This document shows positions 9,709 to 18,550 of a stretch of 64,000 bases of DNA, piece by piece; positions within the stretch are counted from its first letter, which is position 1; the number at the start of each line of letters is the position of its first letter. The stretch comes from Candidatus Micrarchaeota archaeon. GTDB taxonomy: Archaea; Micrarchaeota; Micrarchaeia; Anstonellales; Bilamarchaeaceae. Made by a program: the position numbers and the translations under genes. The notes under the pieces were generated by a model, which saw only the letters and a list, made by a program, of their open reading frames with translations, ran no database searches and had not been told where the DNA came from. The stretch covers positions 1-64,000 of the forward strand of contig JAGVWJ010000008.1 of assembly GCA_018304385.1 (NCBI GenBank), given 5' to 3'.

Positions 9709-10275
9709 ATGACTGAATTAATTGCAGAATCTTTTTTACCAACAAAATTTGGTGAGTTTAAAATACTGGCATTTAAATGTGCTGATGGAGAGCATATCGC
9801 ACTTGTCAAAGGCGAGATTGGTGATAGGGTAAATGTTAGAGTACATTCAAAATGCCTAACTGGAGATACGTTTTGCTCGATGCGCTGCGATTGTCATGAA
9901 CAGTTAGAAGCATCATTAAAATATATAAGTGAAAATGGAGGCGTACTTATATATCTAGACCAAGAAGGCAGAGGCATTGGATTGGCAAATAAGATAAAGG
10001 CTTATGCTTTGCAAGATACTGGTTATGATACTGTTGAAGCAAACAAAAAACTTGGCTTTGAAAATGATCACCGCGATTTTAAGATTGCTGCAGAGATTTT
10101 GCATTATTTAGAAATCAAAAAAATAAGATTGCTTACGAATAATCCAGAAAAAATGAAAGGTCTAGAAGATAATGGCATTACTGTGGAACGAATCCCTTTG
10201 ATAATAAAACCAAATAAACACAACAAAAAGTATTTGGAAACCAAAGCCAAAAAAATGAATCATATGATTGAATAG
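9709..10275 (+). CDS. ribA: GTP cyclohydrolase II, bacterial type
   Basis: VRVHSKCLTGD, RCDC, QEGRGIGL, KIKAYALQD, LLTNNP. Confidence 0.95.
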   Translation: MTELIAESFLPTKFGEFKILAFKCADGEHIALVKGEIGDRVNVRVHSKCLTGDTFCSMRCDCHEQLEASLKYISENGGVLIYLDQEGRGIGLANKIKAYALQDTGYDTVEANKKLGFENDHRDFKIAAEILHYLEIKKIRLLTNNPEKMKGLEDNGITVERIPLIIKPNKHNKKYLETKAKKMNHMIE

Positions 10276-10284
10276 CTATGGGCA

Positions 10285-10391
10285 GTGAGCATTATGGAAC
10301 GATCGGCGGATCGAGAAATGCAGAGCATTTCGAGAGATTTGTCCGAAGGGCAAACAGATCGATGGGCCGAGTCATGCGTGAGCATATGGAA
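10285..10391 (+). mobile_element. Multi-hairpin GC-rich insertion (92-bp offset) flanked by a direct repeat of the ribD SD and start codon
   Basis: GTGAGCATTATGGAA (10285-10299) versus GTGAGCATATGGAA (10378-10391); internal hairpins at 10300-10313, 10315-10331 and 10338-10354. Confidence 0.55.
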
Positions 10392-11462
10392 AATCAGGAT
10401 CAAAAATTTATCGCGCAAGCATTAAAGCTTGCTAAAAAAACAAACCCGTCACCTAATCCACGTGTTGGCGCAATTATTGTTAAGGATGGAAAAATTATAG
10501 GCAAGGGTTATCACAAAGCAGCCGGAGAGAGACACGCAGAAATAATCGCAATTCAAGAAACTGGGCTTAAGGCACAGGATCTTTCCAATGCTACGCTTTA
10601 TGTTACTCTTGAACCCTGTTCACATTATGGAAAAACACCACCATGTACAGATGCAATAATTGATTCTGGAATAAAAAAAATAGTAATTGGTTGTGAAGAT
10701 CAAAATCCAAAGGTAGAAGGAATAGAGAAACTAAAACAAGCAGGACGGGATGTTACGCTGCTTAAAGATCAAGAATGCTACGAAATAAATGAGGCATTTT
10801 TCCATTGGATAAAAACTGGAAAGCCATTTGTCATGCTTAAATTAGCAATGACTTTGGATGGAAGGATTGCAACAAAAACAGGTGATTCTAAATATATAAG
10901 CAATTCGCAATCGCGCGCATTGAGTTATGCATGGCGCGATAATTTTGACGCAATAATGGTTGGTTTGAAAACAATCCTTATAGATAACCCGCGCTTGACA
11001 TCCCGTACACCTGGCGTACAAAACCCAGCACGGCTTATAGTTGATAGCAGACTACGTATTCCATTAACTTCGCAAGTTCTTGAATCGAACGCGCGGCGCA
11101 TAATTGCAACAACTGATAGATATGACAAAGAGAAAAAGAAACAACTGGAAACGTTAGGTGTTGAAATACTTGTTCTGAAAGAAGAAAAAACATATTATGT
11201 TGACTTAAAACAGCTTTTTGAAGGACTTGGAAAACAAAATATTATTTCAATTATGGTGGAGGGAGGTGCAGAACTTGCTACTGCCTTATTGGAGAAAAAA
11301 ATAATAAACAAAGCTGCATTCTTCATTGCTGCGAAAATTCTTGGCTCTGGAAAAAATGCATTTGATGGCTCAGGAGTAGAAAAAATGGATGACGCTCTGC
11401 AACTGAAAAATGTTTCTATTCGCAAATTAGGTGAGGATGTTCTAGTAGTAGGGTATTTCTAA
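10386..11462 (+). CDS. ribD: Bifunctional pyrimidine deaminase/reductase RibD
   Basis: PNPRVGA, HAE, TLEPCSHYGKTPPC, AMTLDGRIA, DNPRLT, VEGGA; start moved to ATG 10386 because the extension from 10278 crosses the insertion. Confidence 0.93.
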   Translation: MENQDQKFIAQALKLAKKTNPSPNPRVGAIIVKDGKIIGKGYHKAAGERHAEIIAIQETGLKAQDLSNATLYVTLEPCSHYGKTPPCTDAIIDSGIKKIVIGCEDQNPKVEGIEKLKQAGRDVTLLKDQECYEINEAFFHWIKTGKPFVMLKLAMTLDGRIATKTGDSKYISNSQSRALSYAWRDNFDAIMVGLKTILIDNPRLTSRTPGVQNPARLIVDSRLRIPLTSQVLESNARRIIATTDRYDKEKKKQLETLGVEILVLKEEKTYYVDLKQLFEGLGKQNIISIMVEGGAELATALLEKKIINKAAFFIAAKILGSGKNAFDGSGVEKMDDALQLKNVSIRKLGEDVLVVGYF

Positions 11463-11467
11463 TTCTC

Positions 11468-12217
11468 TTATCCAAGATTTATACCAGCCCAAGCACCAAC
11501 TGCATAACCAATAAATGCAGCAACCATTCCAATAATCATCATCTCTAATCCAGTTTTCCACCACTTACCCAATGTTGTTTTACCCTTATATGCGCCAGTT
11601 GCAAACAGTGCGAGTGCAGAAATAACTAATGCAGGAATAACTGCTGCTTCAACATCTAATAAAAAGAATGGTAAAAGGGGGATAAATGATCCAACAAAAG
11701 CAGAGACACCTACAACAAATCCTTCACTAACGGGGTCAATATCTTTGCTTTCGGCTAAGCCTAGCTCTTCAGTCATCATTGTTTCGAGCCACATCTCTTC
11801 ATTGCTGCAGATTTTATTTACAATTGCATCAAGCTGCTTTCCTCTAAATCCTTTTTTCATATAAATTAACCGTATTTCTTCACGTTCAACTTCTGGCAAT
11901 TCCTTTATCTCTTGCTTCTCGCGCGCAAGCTCACGATAATAATAATCACGCTGTGCTTTGCCACTTGTATAAGCAACAGCAGCCATGCTAATGCTTTCTG
12001 CAAATGTTGCAGCTAACCCGCCAATAATTACTGCACTAGGACCGATTTCCTTATTTACAGTTACTGCTGCAGCTAAACCAAGTACTATCCCTAATACATT
12101 AACTAGCCCATCCTGTCCGCCAAGAATTATCTGCCTTAGCACTGATCCTTTATCACTTTTCGCATGCAATTCTGGATGTAGAATATTATTGCGCGCATCT
12201 CGGATAGTTTTTGCCAT
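11468..12217 (-). CDS. VIT1/CCC1 family Fe/Mn transporter
   Basis: IILGGQDGLV, AESISMA, EELGL, multiple TM helices. Confidence 0.92.
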   Translation of the reverse strand: MAKTIRDARNNILHPELHAKSDKGSVLRQIILGGQDGLVNVLGIVLGLAAAVTVNKEIGPSAVIIGGLAATFAESISMAAVAYTSGKAQRDYYYRELAREKQEIKELPEVEREEIRLIYMKKGFRGKQLDAIVNKICSNEEMWLETMMTEELGLAESKDIDPVSEGFVVGVSAFVGSFIPLLPFFLLDVEAAVIPALVISALALFATGAYKGKTTLGKWWKTGLEMMIIGMVAAFIGYAVGAWAGINLG

Positions 12218-12251
12218 ACTAACTACTCGAAAAATAGAAATAAAAAGATGA

Positions 12252-13280
12252 CTATCTCATCTTAAACTTCAACAGTGCAGCAATCTTTCCTAATCCTTTT
12301 AATCTCGCGCCACCATCACTCTCACTTGAAAAAATAATTATTTCAGCTTTATTTTTTCCAGCAAGCTCGACAACTTCTTCTGCTTCCTTAGACGTGCGCA
12401 ATAATTCATCCAAAACAAGCAACTTACCAACTGCATATGCCTCTGCTGCTGCTTTAACCTGTGCTAAACCATATTCAGCCAAACCAGAATCTTTGTTTAT
12501 CTCAATCATTACTTGTTCAACTAGTTGTAATTCTTTTGCTAAACGCTCATCACCCATTACCCGTTCAATTACTCCATTCTTAAAAAGTTCATTAACACCG
12601 CTTCGCTCAGCATAACTGCAGCTTTCAAAACTAATCTTATTAAGTAATTTTGAATTTTTATCTTCTATGAATTTTTTCAGATTATCTTTAGTAAAACCTG
12701 GGCCAGCAACTACATAACGTTCTTCATGCTTTTCTATCTCAGCAGCAACCTTTCCAAAATATTCGCGCGCACGCTCTTCATATTTTTCATCGCGTTTGCT
12801 GCCAGCAAAATGAAATTCTGGACCATATTCAACCCCATAGCCACGAACAATAGCAGTTAGAGCCTTTTCATCATCCAAAACAATTATGCGCAATTTTGGT
12901 TTTTTTGTTTCTTTCTCAGCTTGCCTTAATCTATTAATCTGATAAATCTTCCATTTCTTTTGAATATCTAATTTACTGCGTGGCTCTGCTTCTATTGTAT
13001 GATACTTTCCCATCTGTACAAATTCTTCTGGAGAGCCACGAATGATCTTGCCAAGCATTCTTAAGCGATTAAGCGATTTGGAAAATTCTATTTGCTCAAC
13101 TGATATTGCAATATGCACTGGTTTTTTCTCTTCGCGATCCCCAATCTTTACAGTTCTAAAAGTACCGCTTTCTATTATGTCACCCGGTTCAAGCACGCGC
13201 TCCAAGTGCCATAAATCCTCCAAGTTTTCTAGTAAGAGCCTTAGCTCACCTGTTTTTTGATCAAGCTTTAATATGCGCAT
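12252..13280 (-). CDS. pelA: Pelota (aPelota) ribosome rescue factor
   Basis: EDLWHL, LRMLGKI, GKYHTIE, VAGPGF, LKGLGKIAALL. Confidence 0.95.
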   Translation of the reverse strand: MRILKLDQKTGELRLLLENLEDLWHLERVLEPGDIIESGTFRTVKIGDREEKKPVHIAISVEQIEFSKSLNRLRMLGKIIRGSPEEFVQMGKYHTIEAEPRSKLDIQKKWKIYQINRLRQAEKETKKPKLRIIVLDDEKALTAIVRGYGVEYGPEFHFAGSKRDEKYEERAREYFGKVAAEIEKHEERYVVAGPGFTKDNLKKFIEDKNSKLLNKISFESCSYAERSGVNELFKNGVIERVMGDERLAKELQLVEQVMIEINKDSGLAEYGLAQVKAAAEAYAVGKLLVLDELLRTSKEAEEVVELAGKNKAEIIIFSSESDGGARLKGLGKIAALLKFKMR

Positions 13281-13288
13281 ATTATCAA

Positions 13289-13337
13289 CTGCTATTGGCT
13301 TTTAGCCGTTAGCTCGTAGCTACTTGCCAATAGCCAA
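13289..13337 (+). repeat. Degenerate heptamer array (NRGCNWT type)
   Basis: CTGCTAT TGGCTTT TAGCCGT TAGCTCG TAGCTAC TTGCCAA TAGCCAA. Confidence 0.7.
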
Positions 13338-13338
13338 C

Positions 13339-13391
13339 GCGATTGTTGCGCAACGCAACAATGCGCCCATTGTTGCCAAGCAACAATTGGG
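13339..13391. repeat. Twin hairpins with CAA loops
   Basis: ATTGTTGCG-CAA-CGCAACAAT (13342-13362) followed by CCCATTGTTGC-CAA-GCAACAATTGGG (13366-13391). Confidence 0.75.
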
Positions 13392-13394
13392 AAG

Positions 13395-13943
13395 CTAATT
13401 GCTTATTGTTTCTTTAATTAAATTCTCTAAACTATCATTAATTTCAAATCTTCCTATTAATGTTTCATTCTTAAAATACACTATTGGTACAACCCTATTA
13501 CTTAAATTATATTCAATAGCAAACTTATTATACTCTCCAAGATCCCCAGAGTTTGTTACACTATACTTTCTGAAGACTACTGAATTGTTATACTTTCCCT
13601 CCAAACGTTCTATCTCTGGCCAAATTGCCTGTGATGCATTGCAATAAGGGCTATAGAAGAAGTATACTCTTGGCATTGAGCCTTGGGCAGTGGGCAGTGG
13701 GCCAGACGAGTTCCCAGTATCAAGCATCCTGTTTCCAGTTCCCGGTTGCCAGTTTTCAGTCTCGATTTTTGCAATACTGTTTGACTCATCAGACAAATTA
13801 TTTTCTGAGGGAGCAAGATCGTTTTGTGGCTGATTGCTGATGACTGAAGGCTCAGGGCTTTTCACCTTATTTTTTTCTATTTGTTGTTGATTTATACAGC
13901 CAAAAAGCAGTATCATTATGACAAAGATTAGTAATATCCGCAT
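13395..13943 (-). CDS. Thioredoxin-fold lipoprotein (CxxS)
   Basis: Start placed at ATG 13943 (MRILLIF...LLFGC lipobox); FFYSPYCNAS, cis-Pro VVPIV, LIGRFEI. Confidence 0.8.
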   Translation of the reverse strand: MRILLIFVIMILLFGCINQQQIEKNKVKSPEPSVISNQPQNDLAPSENNLSDESNSIAKIETENWQPGTGNRMLDTGNSSGPLPTAQGSMPRVYFFYSPYCNASQAIWPEIERLEGKYNNSVVFRKYSVTNSGDLGEYNKFAIEYNLSNRVVPIVYFKNETLIGRFEINDSLENLIKETISN

Positions 13944-13994
13944 AAATACATTTTGGGACAAAGGTTTATAAATAAGGTATGTAGTAATATTAAT

Positions 13995-14255
13995 ATGCAC
14001 AAACTACAACTTGTTTGTATGCGTGCTGAGGCCAGCAATCGACCAGTTAGAAGAATACCAGTGCCAGAGCTCCCGTTTGGACCAAATTGGGTGCCACCAG
14101 ATTTCTGGAGAGATAAAGTACCTGGTAAAAGAAGTGGAGTACCTGAACAACCGGCAATACCATTGGAACTTCCATTAGAAGAACCTCCAATGCATAGAAG
14201 GGCTCCGCAACCTGAAGAAACTCCGCAAAGAGGAGTAGTAATACTTCAGATGTAA
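13995..14255 (+). CDS. Small Pro-rich hypothetical protein
   Basis: ATG 13995 lies about 20 nt after TTTATAAATA; 86 aa; divergent from the thioredoxin gene. Confidence 0.5.
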   Translation: MHKLQLVCMRAEASNRPVRRIPVPELPFGPNWVPPDFWRDKVPGKRSGVPEQPAIPLELPLEEPPMHRRAPQPEETPQRGVVILQM

Positions 14256-14839
14256 ATCTGCCGCAAAAAATACTCGTGAAAAACAGTGGTCGTTAGTTCA
14301 GGGTGAAAAGTGGCGGCCAGATAATAATTCCCATTAACTTTTTGTTCACAAATAATTATCTCATTATCATTTTTTGCTAGTATTTTGACGCTATTTCCTA
14401 TTTTTTTTATTTTAGGTGCGCGTATAAATATAGCATGAATCCTACCTAATTTTGTATCTAAGTCTTGCTCAAATGACTCTGCCTGTCTACCATATGCATT
14501 TCTATCTACTTCTATATCCATTAATCCAAGCGTTCTTTGGCCTACCTCTTTATTATTAATAGTCTTTGCAAGCGTAATTGTACCAGCGCATGTTCCAAAG
14601 ATATTTTTTATTTTTTTCATGTCTTCAAAGATATTTGCGCGCTCGCAAAGCTTTTGCAAAACAGTGCTCTCTCCACCTGGAATAATTAATGCATCCAAAT
14701 CTGAAAGCTGTTCTTTTGTTCGAACTTCTATTATCCCGCATGTTAGATTTGAATTTTTTGCTGCTTGCCTAGTTGCATTAATATGCTCCAAGACATCCCC
14801 TTGAAAAGCTAGAACCCCGATTTTTTTAGAATTAGTCAT
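14246..14839 (-). CDS. pdxT: Pyridoxal 5'-phosphate synthase glutaminase subunit
   Basis: GVLAFQGD, IPGGEST, FGTCAG, RNAYGRQ, FIRAP, FHPE. Confidence 0.95.
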   Translation of the reverse strand: MTNSKKIGVLAFQGDVLEHINATRQAAKNSNLTCGIIEVRTKEQLSDLDALIIPGGESTVLQKLCERANIFEDMKKIKNIFGTCAGTITLAKTINNKEVGQRTLGLMDIEVDRNAYGRQAESFEQDLDTKLGRIHAIFIRAPKIKKIGNSVKILAKNDNEIIICEQKVNGNYYLAATFHPELTTTVFHEYFLRQIYI

Positions 14840-14894
14840 AGTATTAATATATTCTGGGATAGGTTTAAATTAATTAATAGTCACCATCCTACTT

Positions 14895-15404
14895 ATGTTA
14901 GACTTTCCTACCCAGATTTATATATCTCTAAAGACGATATTTAGAAATAAAAAATATATCTACTTATTTATCTTTCTAATTATAGCTGCTTTTGTAGCAT
15001 ATATACTGATACCAGTTTACACTATCCCAGGAAACGATTTGTCATTCTGGTTAAGTATAATGCCCTGGTGGGGATATCCAATAATATTTACTTTTGCTGT
15101 GGCGTTAGGCCTTCTTCTAACAATGAAGGTTTATGAATTTCGGCATAGCCATTCAGTGTTATCTAAGGCAGAAGATGCTGGCGGTGTTATAGCAGTAATA
15201 ATAGCAGGATTATATACGACTGCAGCATGCGGTGCCTGTATATCCTCATTATTTGCAATAGTTGGTGCAAGCGGTGCTCTATTTCTTAATCAAAATAGAG
15301 ATATTTTCATTGTACTCTCTGTAATTATAACGATTATTGCTATTTATTTTACTGCAAAGAAGATAAATTCAAAATGTAATGTTTGCACCACGCAAAACCG
15401 TTAA
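14895..15404 (+). CDS. Membrane protein with an intramembrane CxxC and a C-terminal CxxC
   Basis: Four hydrophobic segments; AACGAC; KCNVC. Confidence 0.7.
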   Translation: MLDFPTQIYISLKTIFRNKKYIYLFIFLIIAAFVAYILIPVYTIPGNDLSFWLSIMPWWGYPIIFTFAVALGLLLTMKVYEFRHSHSVLSKAEDAGGVIAVIIAGLYTTAACGACISSLFAIVGASGALFLNQNRDIFIVLSVIITIIAIYFTAKKINSKCNVCTTQNR

Positions 15405-15442
15405 AAGTAATATTTAAAAACTGTTGCACTTGAAATAATTGT

Positions 15443-18400
15443 ATGAGGTTGGGGTATAACGAAACTCGTGTTAGTAATTCTTCTTTTGACAGAGGCTTTA
15501 GAAATAGCAGTTTAATGAAAGCTGCTCATGCCTTTGTTACTGTTTGTTCAGCAGCGCTTTTTGCAATTGTTTCTCCTTCTAGTTCAAATGTTTTTCAGAT
15601 TAGAACAGCAGCTGCTCAAGAAGATATTGACTGCTATGAAATAGGAAAGGAAAGTGCTCAAAATTATAAAAAAAGTGGGAACGCTGATCAGCAAGCAAAG
15701 GCACTAGAAATGGCCAGATTGTGCGAAAAAGATGGTAAAAAATTTAGTGCTGCCAGTATTTATATTGAATTAGAAATGAAAGATGATGCCAAAAGAATAG
15801 CTGATGCATTAAGAGCAACAGGAAATGAAAGAGACGTAAGGAGTGCAGCAACACTCTATAAGAAATTAGGAATGAATCCTGATGAACCTGCACTTCCAGC
15901 AGCAGCACAAGCAGAACCACCTAGAGCAGCGCCTTTACTAGGTGAAGCTGGTGCAGGGGCAGTAAATGCAGGACAAACTAAAGACCCTGAACAAGAACGA
16001 GTTGAAAAATTAGCAGAACAATTAAGATTGGCAGAAACCGCTGAATCAGAGAAAAATTGGACTTATGCAGCTTATAGATACTTGGATGCTTATGCACTAT
16101 CAAGAGACAATGGACAGAAAACTGGATTAGATCAAAAAGTAAGAGAAATGGCAAATCTATTGATAGAAAAAGGAGACATTGGTTTAGTTGGTAGTATATA
16201 TCTCAGATTACACAAGCTAACAAGTGCACAAGATCTTCCTCCTAAAATAGATGCTGTAAGAAAATATCATGAGCTTTCAGAGGTAGCAAGGCACATCAAT
16301 GAGCATTTACTTGGAGAACGCCCGGAAAGATCAGCAATATTTAAAGGAGGTCTTGGCGGCGATCTTGATGTAAATGTGGTATCAGATAGTATGCACCACC
16401 TATACGGTGCACGGTATATACGAACAGACACTGAGATTACTGCATCACATAATTCTAAACAAACAGTTGCTGCAATAAAAGAATTACAAATATTTCTTGG
16501 GTTACAAGGAAAAGATGTAAATGTTACTGGAAAATTCGATGTTGCTACACGAGACGCAGTTCTAGCATTTGTTAAAGAAAAACAACCAACGCTTTTAGCA
16601 TTATTAAAAGGTGAAACAGTTGAAGTGGCAAGTGGCGTTGCAGTTAGCGCGCAAGAACTTGCAGCAGGACAAGGTGTTGCTCCAGCACAAGAACAAGCCC
16701 CAACTTATGAAAATCTAATGAAAGATGCGACAGCATTAGAACAAAAAGACTTAGTTAGTGCAGCTAATAAATTTATAGAAGCTTGTGAAGCCGCTAGAGA
16801 TGATAAACAAAAAATAGCTGCACGAGATAGAGTAGTTGCAATTGCAGATAAACTAGCAGGCAATGGTCAATTCTGGAAAGCTGCAGAATTTTATGAAGAT
16901 GCAGAAAACAAAGGGGATGAAACAGTTTCAAAAAAACTTATTTTAACTATAAAACTTGGAGCGCTTAATGATGCAAAGGATGCACTTAGGAGTTTAGAAA
17001 AAGACCCAGGTAATAAAGATAAAGAAACTGCTGTTATGTCTGCATTATATACAGATGGTTCAATACAAACTAGATTTATTGATTTAAATCCAGACGATGA
17101 TTTAGCAAGTTCGATAGAATGGATGCAAAGAGAACTTCTTGAATTTGATAATAGCGGGATTAAACCTACTGGAACATTCGGTCCAAAAACAAGAAGAATG
17201 TTAGCAGAAAAAATAGATCAGGATCTCGAACCATTATTAATAAGAGATTTAAATGCCGCACTTGGGCAGGCTGCACCTGGAGAAGTAGATTTAGGCGAGC
17301 CAATAGCTGAACCTGCACGTGAACCAGCACTACCACCAGAACAAAGGGCAGCAGTAGAAGAAGCAGCTAGAAGGGAGGCAGAAACTGAAAGACGTGCAGC
17401 AGCACAAGATGCAGAGGCAGCTGCGCAATTAAGAGCACAAGCGCCTCCTGCTTTACCGCCAGTCTCAGAACCTCCATCAGTCGCAAGATATTTCCCATTC
17501 ACACCAACATCAGTTGTTACTGCTGCAGATGGAAATCCTCATTTAATGTTTTCAGTAGGCGGAGATTATAGAAGACTAAGAGTAAATCTTCCTGGGATTA
17601 CTGCTAGACAAAATTCAAATATAGATTTAGGTGGAGCACACGGACTCTATTTATTTGAATCAGGATTTGGGATTGGAGCAGAATGGCAGAATACAATAGC
17701 AAGACTTGCATTCCCATTAAATGAAAAGGAGTATGAATGGAGTTCATTAAGAAATTTCTTTGGTTTAGTATTAAGATATACTGACAGAAGCGAAGGTGGG
17801 CATACACTATCTCTTCAACTAGTTCCAGGTGGTTCTCGTGTGCAAGTAGGAACAAACGAAATATGCGATCCAGCAACTGGTGCAATTTGCCAAACTACTT
17901 TTGGAGAGTTTGGAATTAAAGGACAAATAATTTATTCAACACCAGATGAGGTATTTACTGTATTAGTTGCTGGAAATAGCAATCCTTACGATCAAGCAAG
18001 AGGGGCATTAGAAGGAAGAGTTCCGCTTAGCTTTGTTAGTGGCCAACCAATATTAGTAGAAGTAACAGGTGGAACGCACAGGTTGGTATTGCAAGAAGAT
18101 GAAACAGGCGTTACAGGAGAGCCAAATGCTAGAAGATGGCATGGTGCATTAGAACTTAGATTACCTGTTTGGGGACCAGATCCAAATTTCTATGGCGGAC
18201 TTTTAGGAAGAGGCGGAGTAGAAGTTATTGATCCTACAACTTATGATTCAAGCAGATATTTATCAGCGAATGCAGGTGGTTTCTTAGAGCTTGGACCAGT
18301 GCAATTAGTATTACAATATAAATGGCATTTAAGAGAGGATCAAAGAGGATTATTCTTATCCTTAGGTATGTTACTAGGTGGACCAACAGGTGCACAAGGA

Positions 18401-18520
18401 GATGGCAACGCAAGATTCTTAGGTGCGGGTGTTGCTGAATGGGCTAGACTAAATGCATTTGATGCCCCAGGATCATTTACACCAGAAAATGCAGTTGTGC
18501 GTGTAGGAGCAACAAGATAA
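15443..18520 (+). CDS. Secreted multidomain protein: TPR-like helices, two peptidoglycan-binding-like domains, Ala/Pro linker, C-terminal beta-barrel-like domain
   Basis: Extended signal ending AAAQ; IKELQIFLG..VTGKFDVATRDAV and IEWMQREL..PTGTFGPKTRR; amphipathic strands from about 17480 to the end. Confidence 0.7.
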   Translation: MRLGYNETRVSNSSFDRGFRNSSLMKAAHAFVTVCSAALFAIVSPSSSNVFQIRTAAAQEDIDCYEIGKESAQNYKKSGNADQQAKALEMARLCEKDGKKFSAASIYIELEMKDDAKRIADALRATGNERDVRSAATLYKKLGMNPDEPALPAAAQAEPPRAAPLLGEAGAGAVNAGQTKDPEQERVEKLAEQLRLAETAESEKNWTYAAYRYLDAYALSRDNGQKTGLDQKVREMANLLIEKGDIGLVGSIYLRLHKLTSAQDLPPKIDAVRKYHELSEVARHINEHLLGERPERSAIFKGGLGGDLDVNVVSDSMHHLYGARYIRTDTEITASHNSKQTVAAIKELQIFLGLQGKDVNVTGKFDVATRDAVLAFVKEKQPTLLALLKGETVEVASGVAVSAQELAAGQGVAPAQEQAPTYENLMKDATALEQKDLVSAANKFIEACEAARDDKQKIAARDRVVAIADKLAGNGQFWKAAEFYEDAENKGDETVSKKLILTIKLGALNDAKDALRSLEKDPGNKDKETAVMSALYTDGSIQTRFIDLNPDDDLASSIEWMQRELLEFDNSGIKPTGTFGPKTRRMLAEKIDQDLEPLLIRDLNAALGQAAPGEVDLGEPIAEPAREPALPPEQRAAVEEAARREAETERRAAAQDAEAAAQLRAQAPPALPPVSEPPSVARYFPFTPTSVVTAADGNPHLMFSVGGDYRRLRVNLPGITARQNSNIDLGGAHGLYLFESGFGIGAEWQNTIARLAFPLNEKEYEWSSLRNFFGLVLRYTDRSEGGHTLSLQLVPGGSRVQVGTNEICDPATGAICQTTFGEFGIKGQIIYSTPDEVFTVLVAGNSNPYDQARGALEGRVPLSFVSGQPILVEVTGGTHRLVLQEDETGVTGEPNARRWHGALELRLPVWGPDPNFYGGLLGRGGVEVIDPTTYDSSRYLSANAGGFLELGPVQLVLQYKWHLREDQRGLFLSLGMLLGGPTGAQGDGNARFLGAGVAEWARLNAFDAPGSFTPENAVVRVGATR

Positions 18521-18550
18521 ATATATAATTCTTAGTGTTCTTATTTTTTT

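Noticed and set aside
10278-10385. 36-aa N-terminal extension of RibD, or an FMN riboswitch
   Set aside because: The extension crosses a repeat-flanked hairpin insertion; the sequence lacks the RFN consensus elements as I recall them
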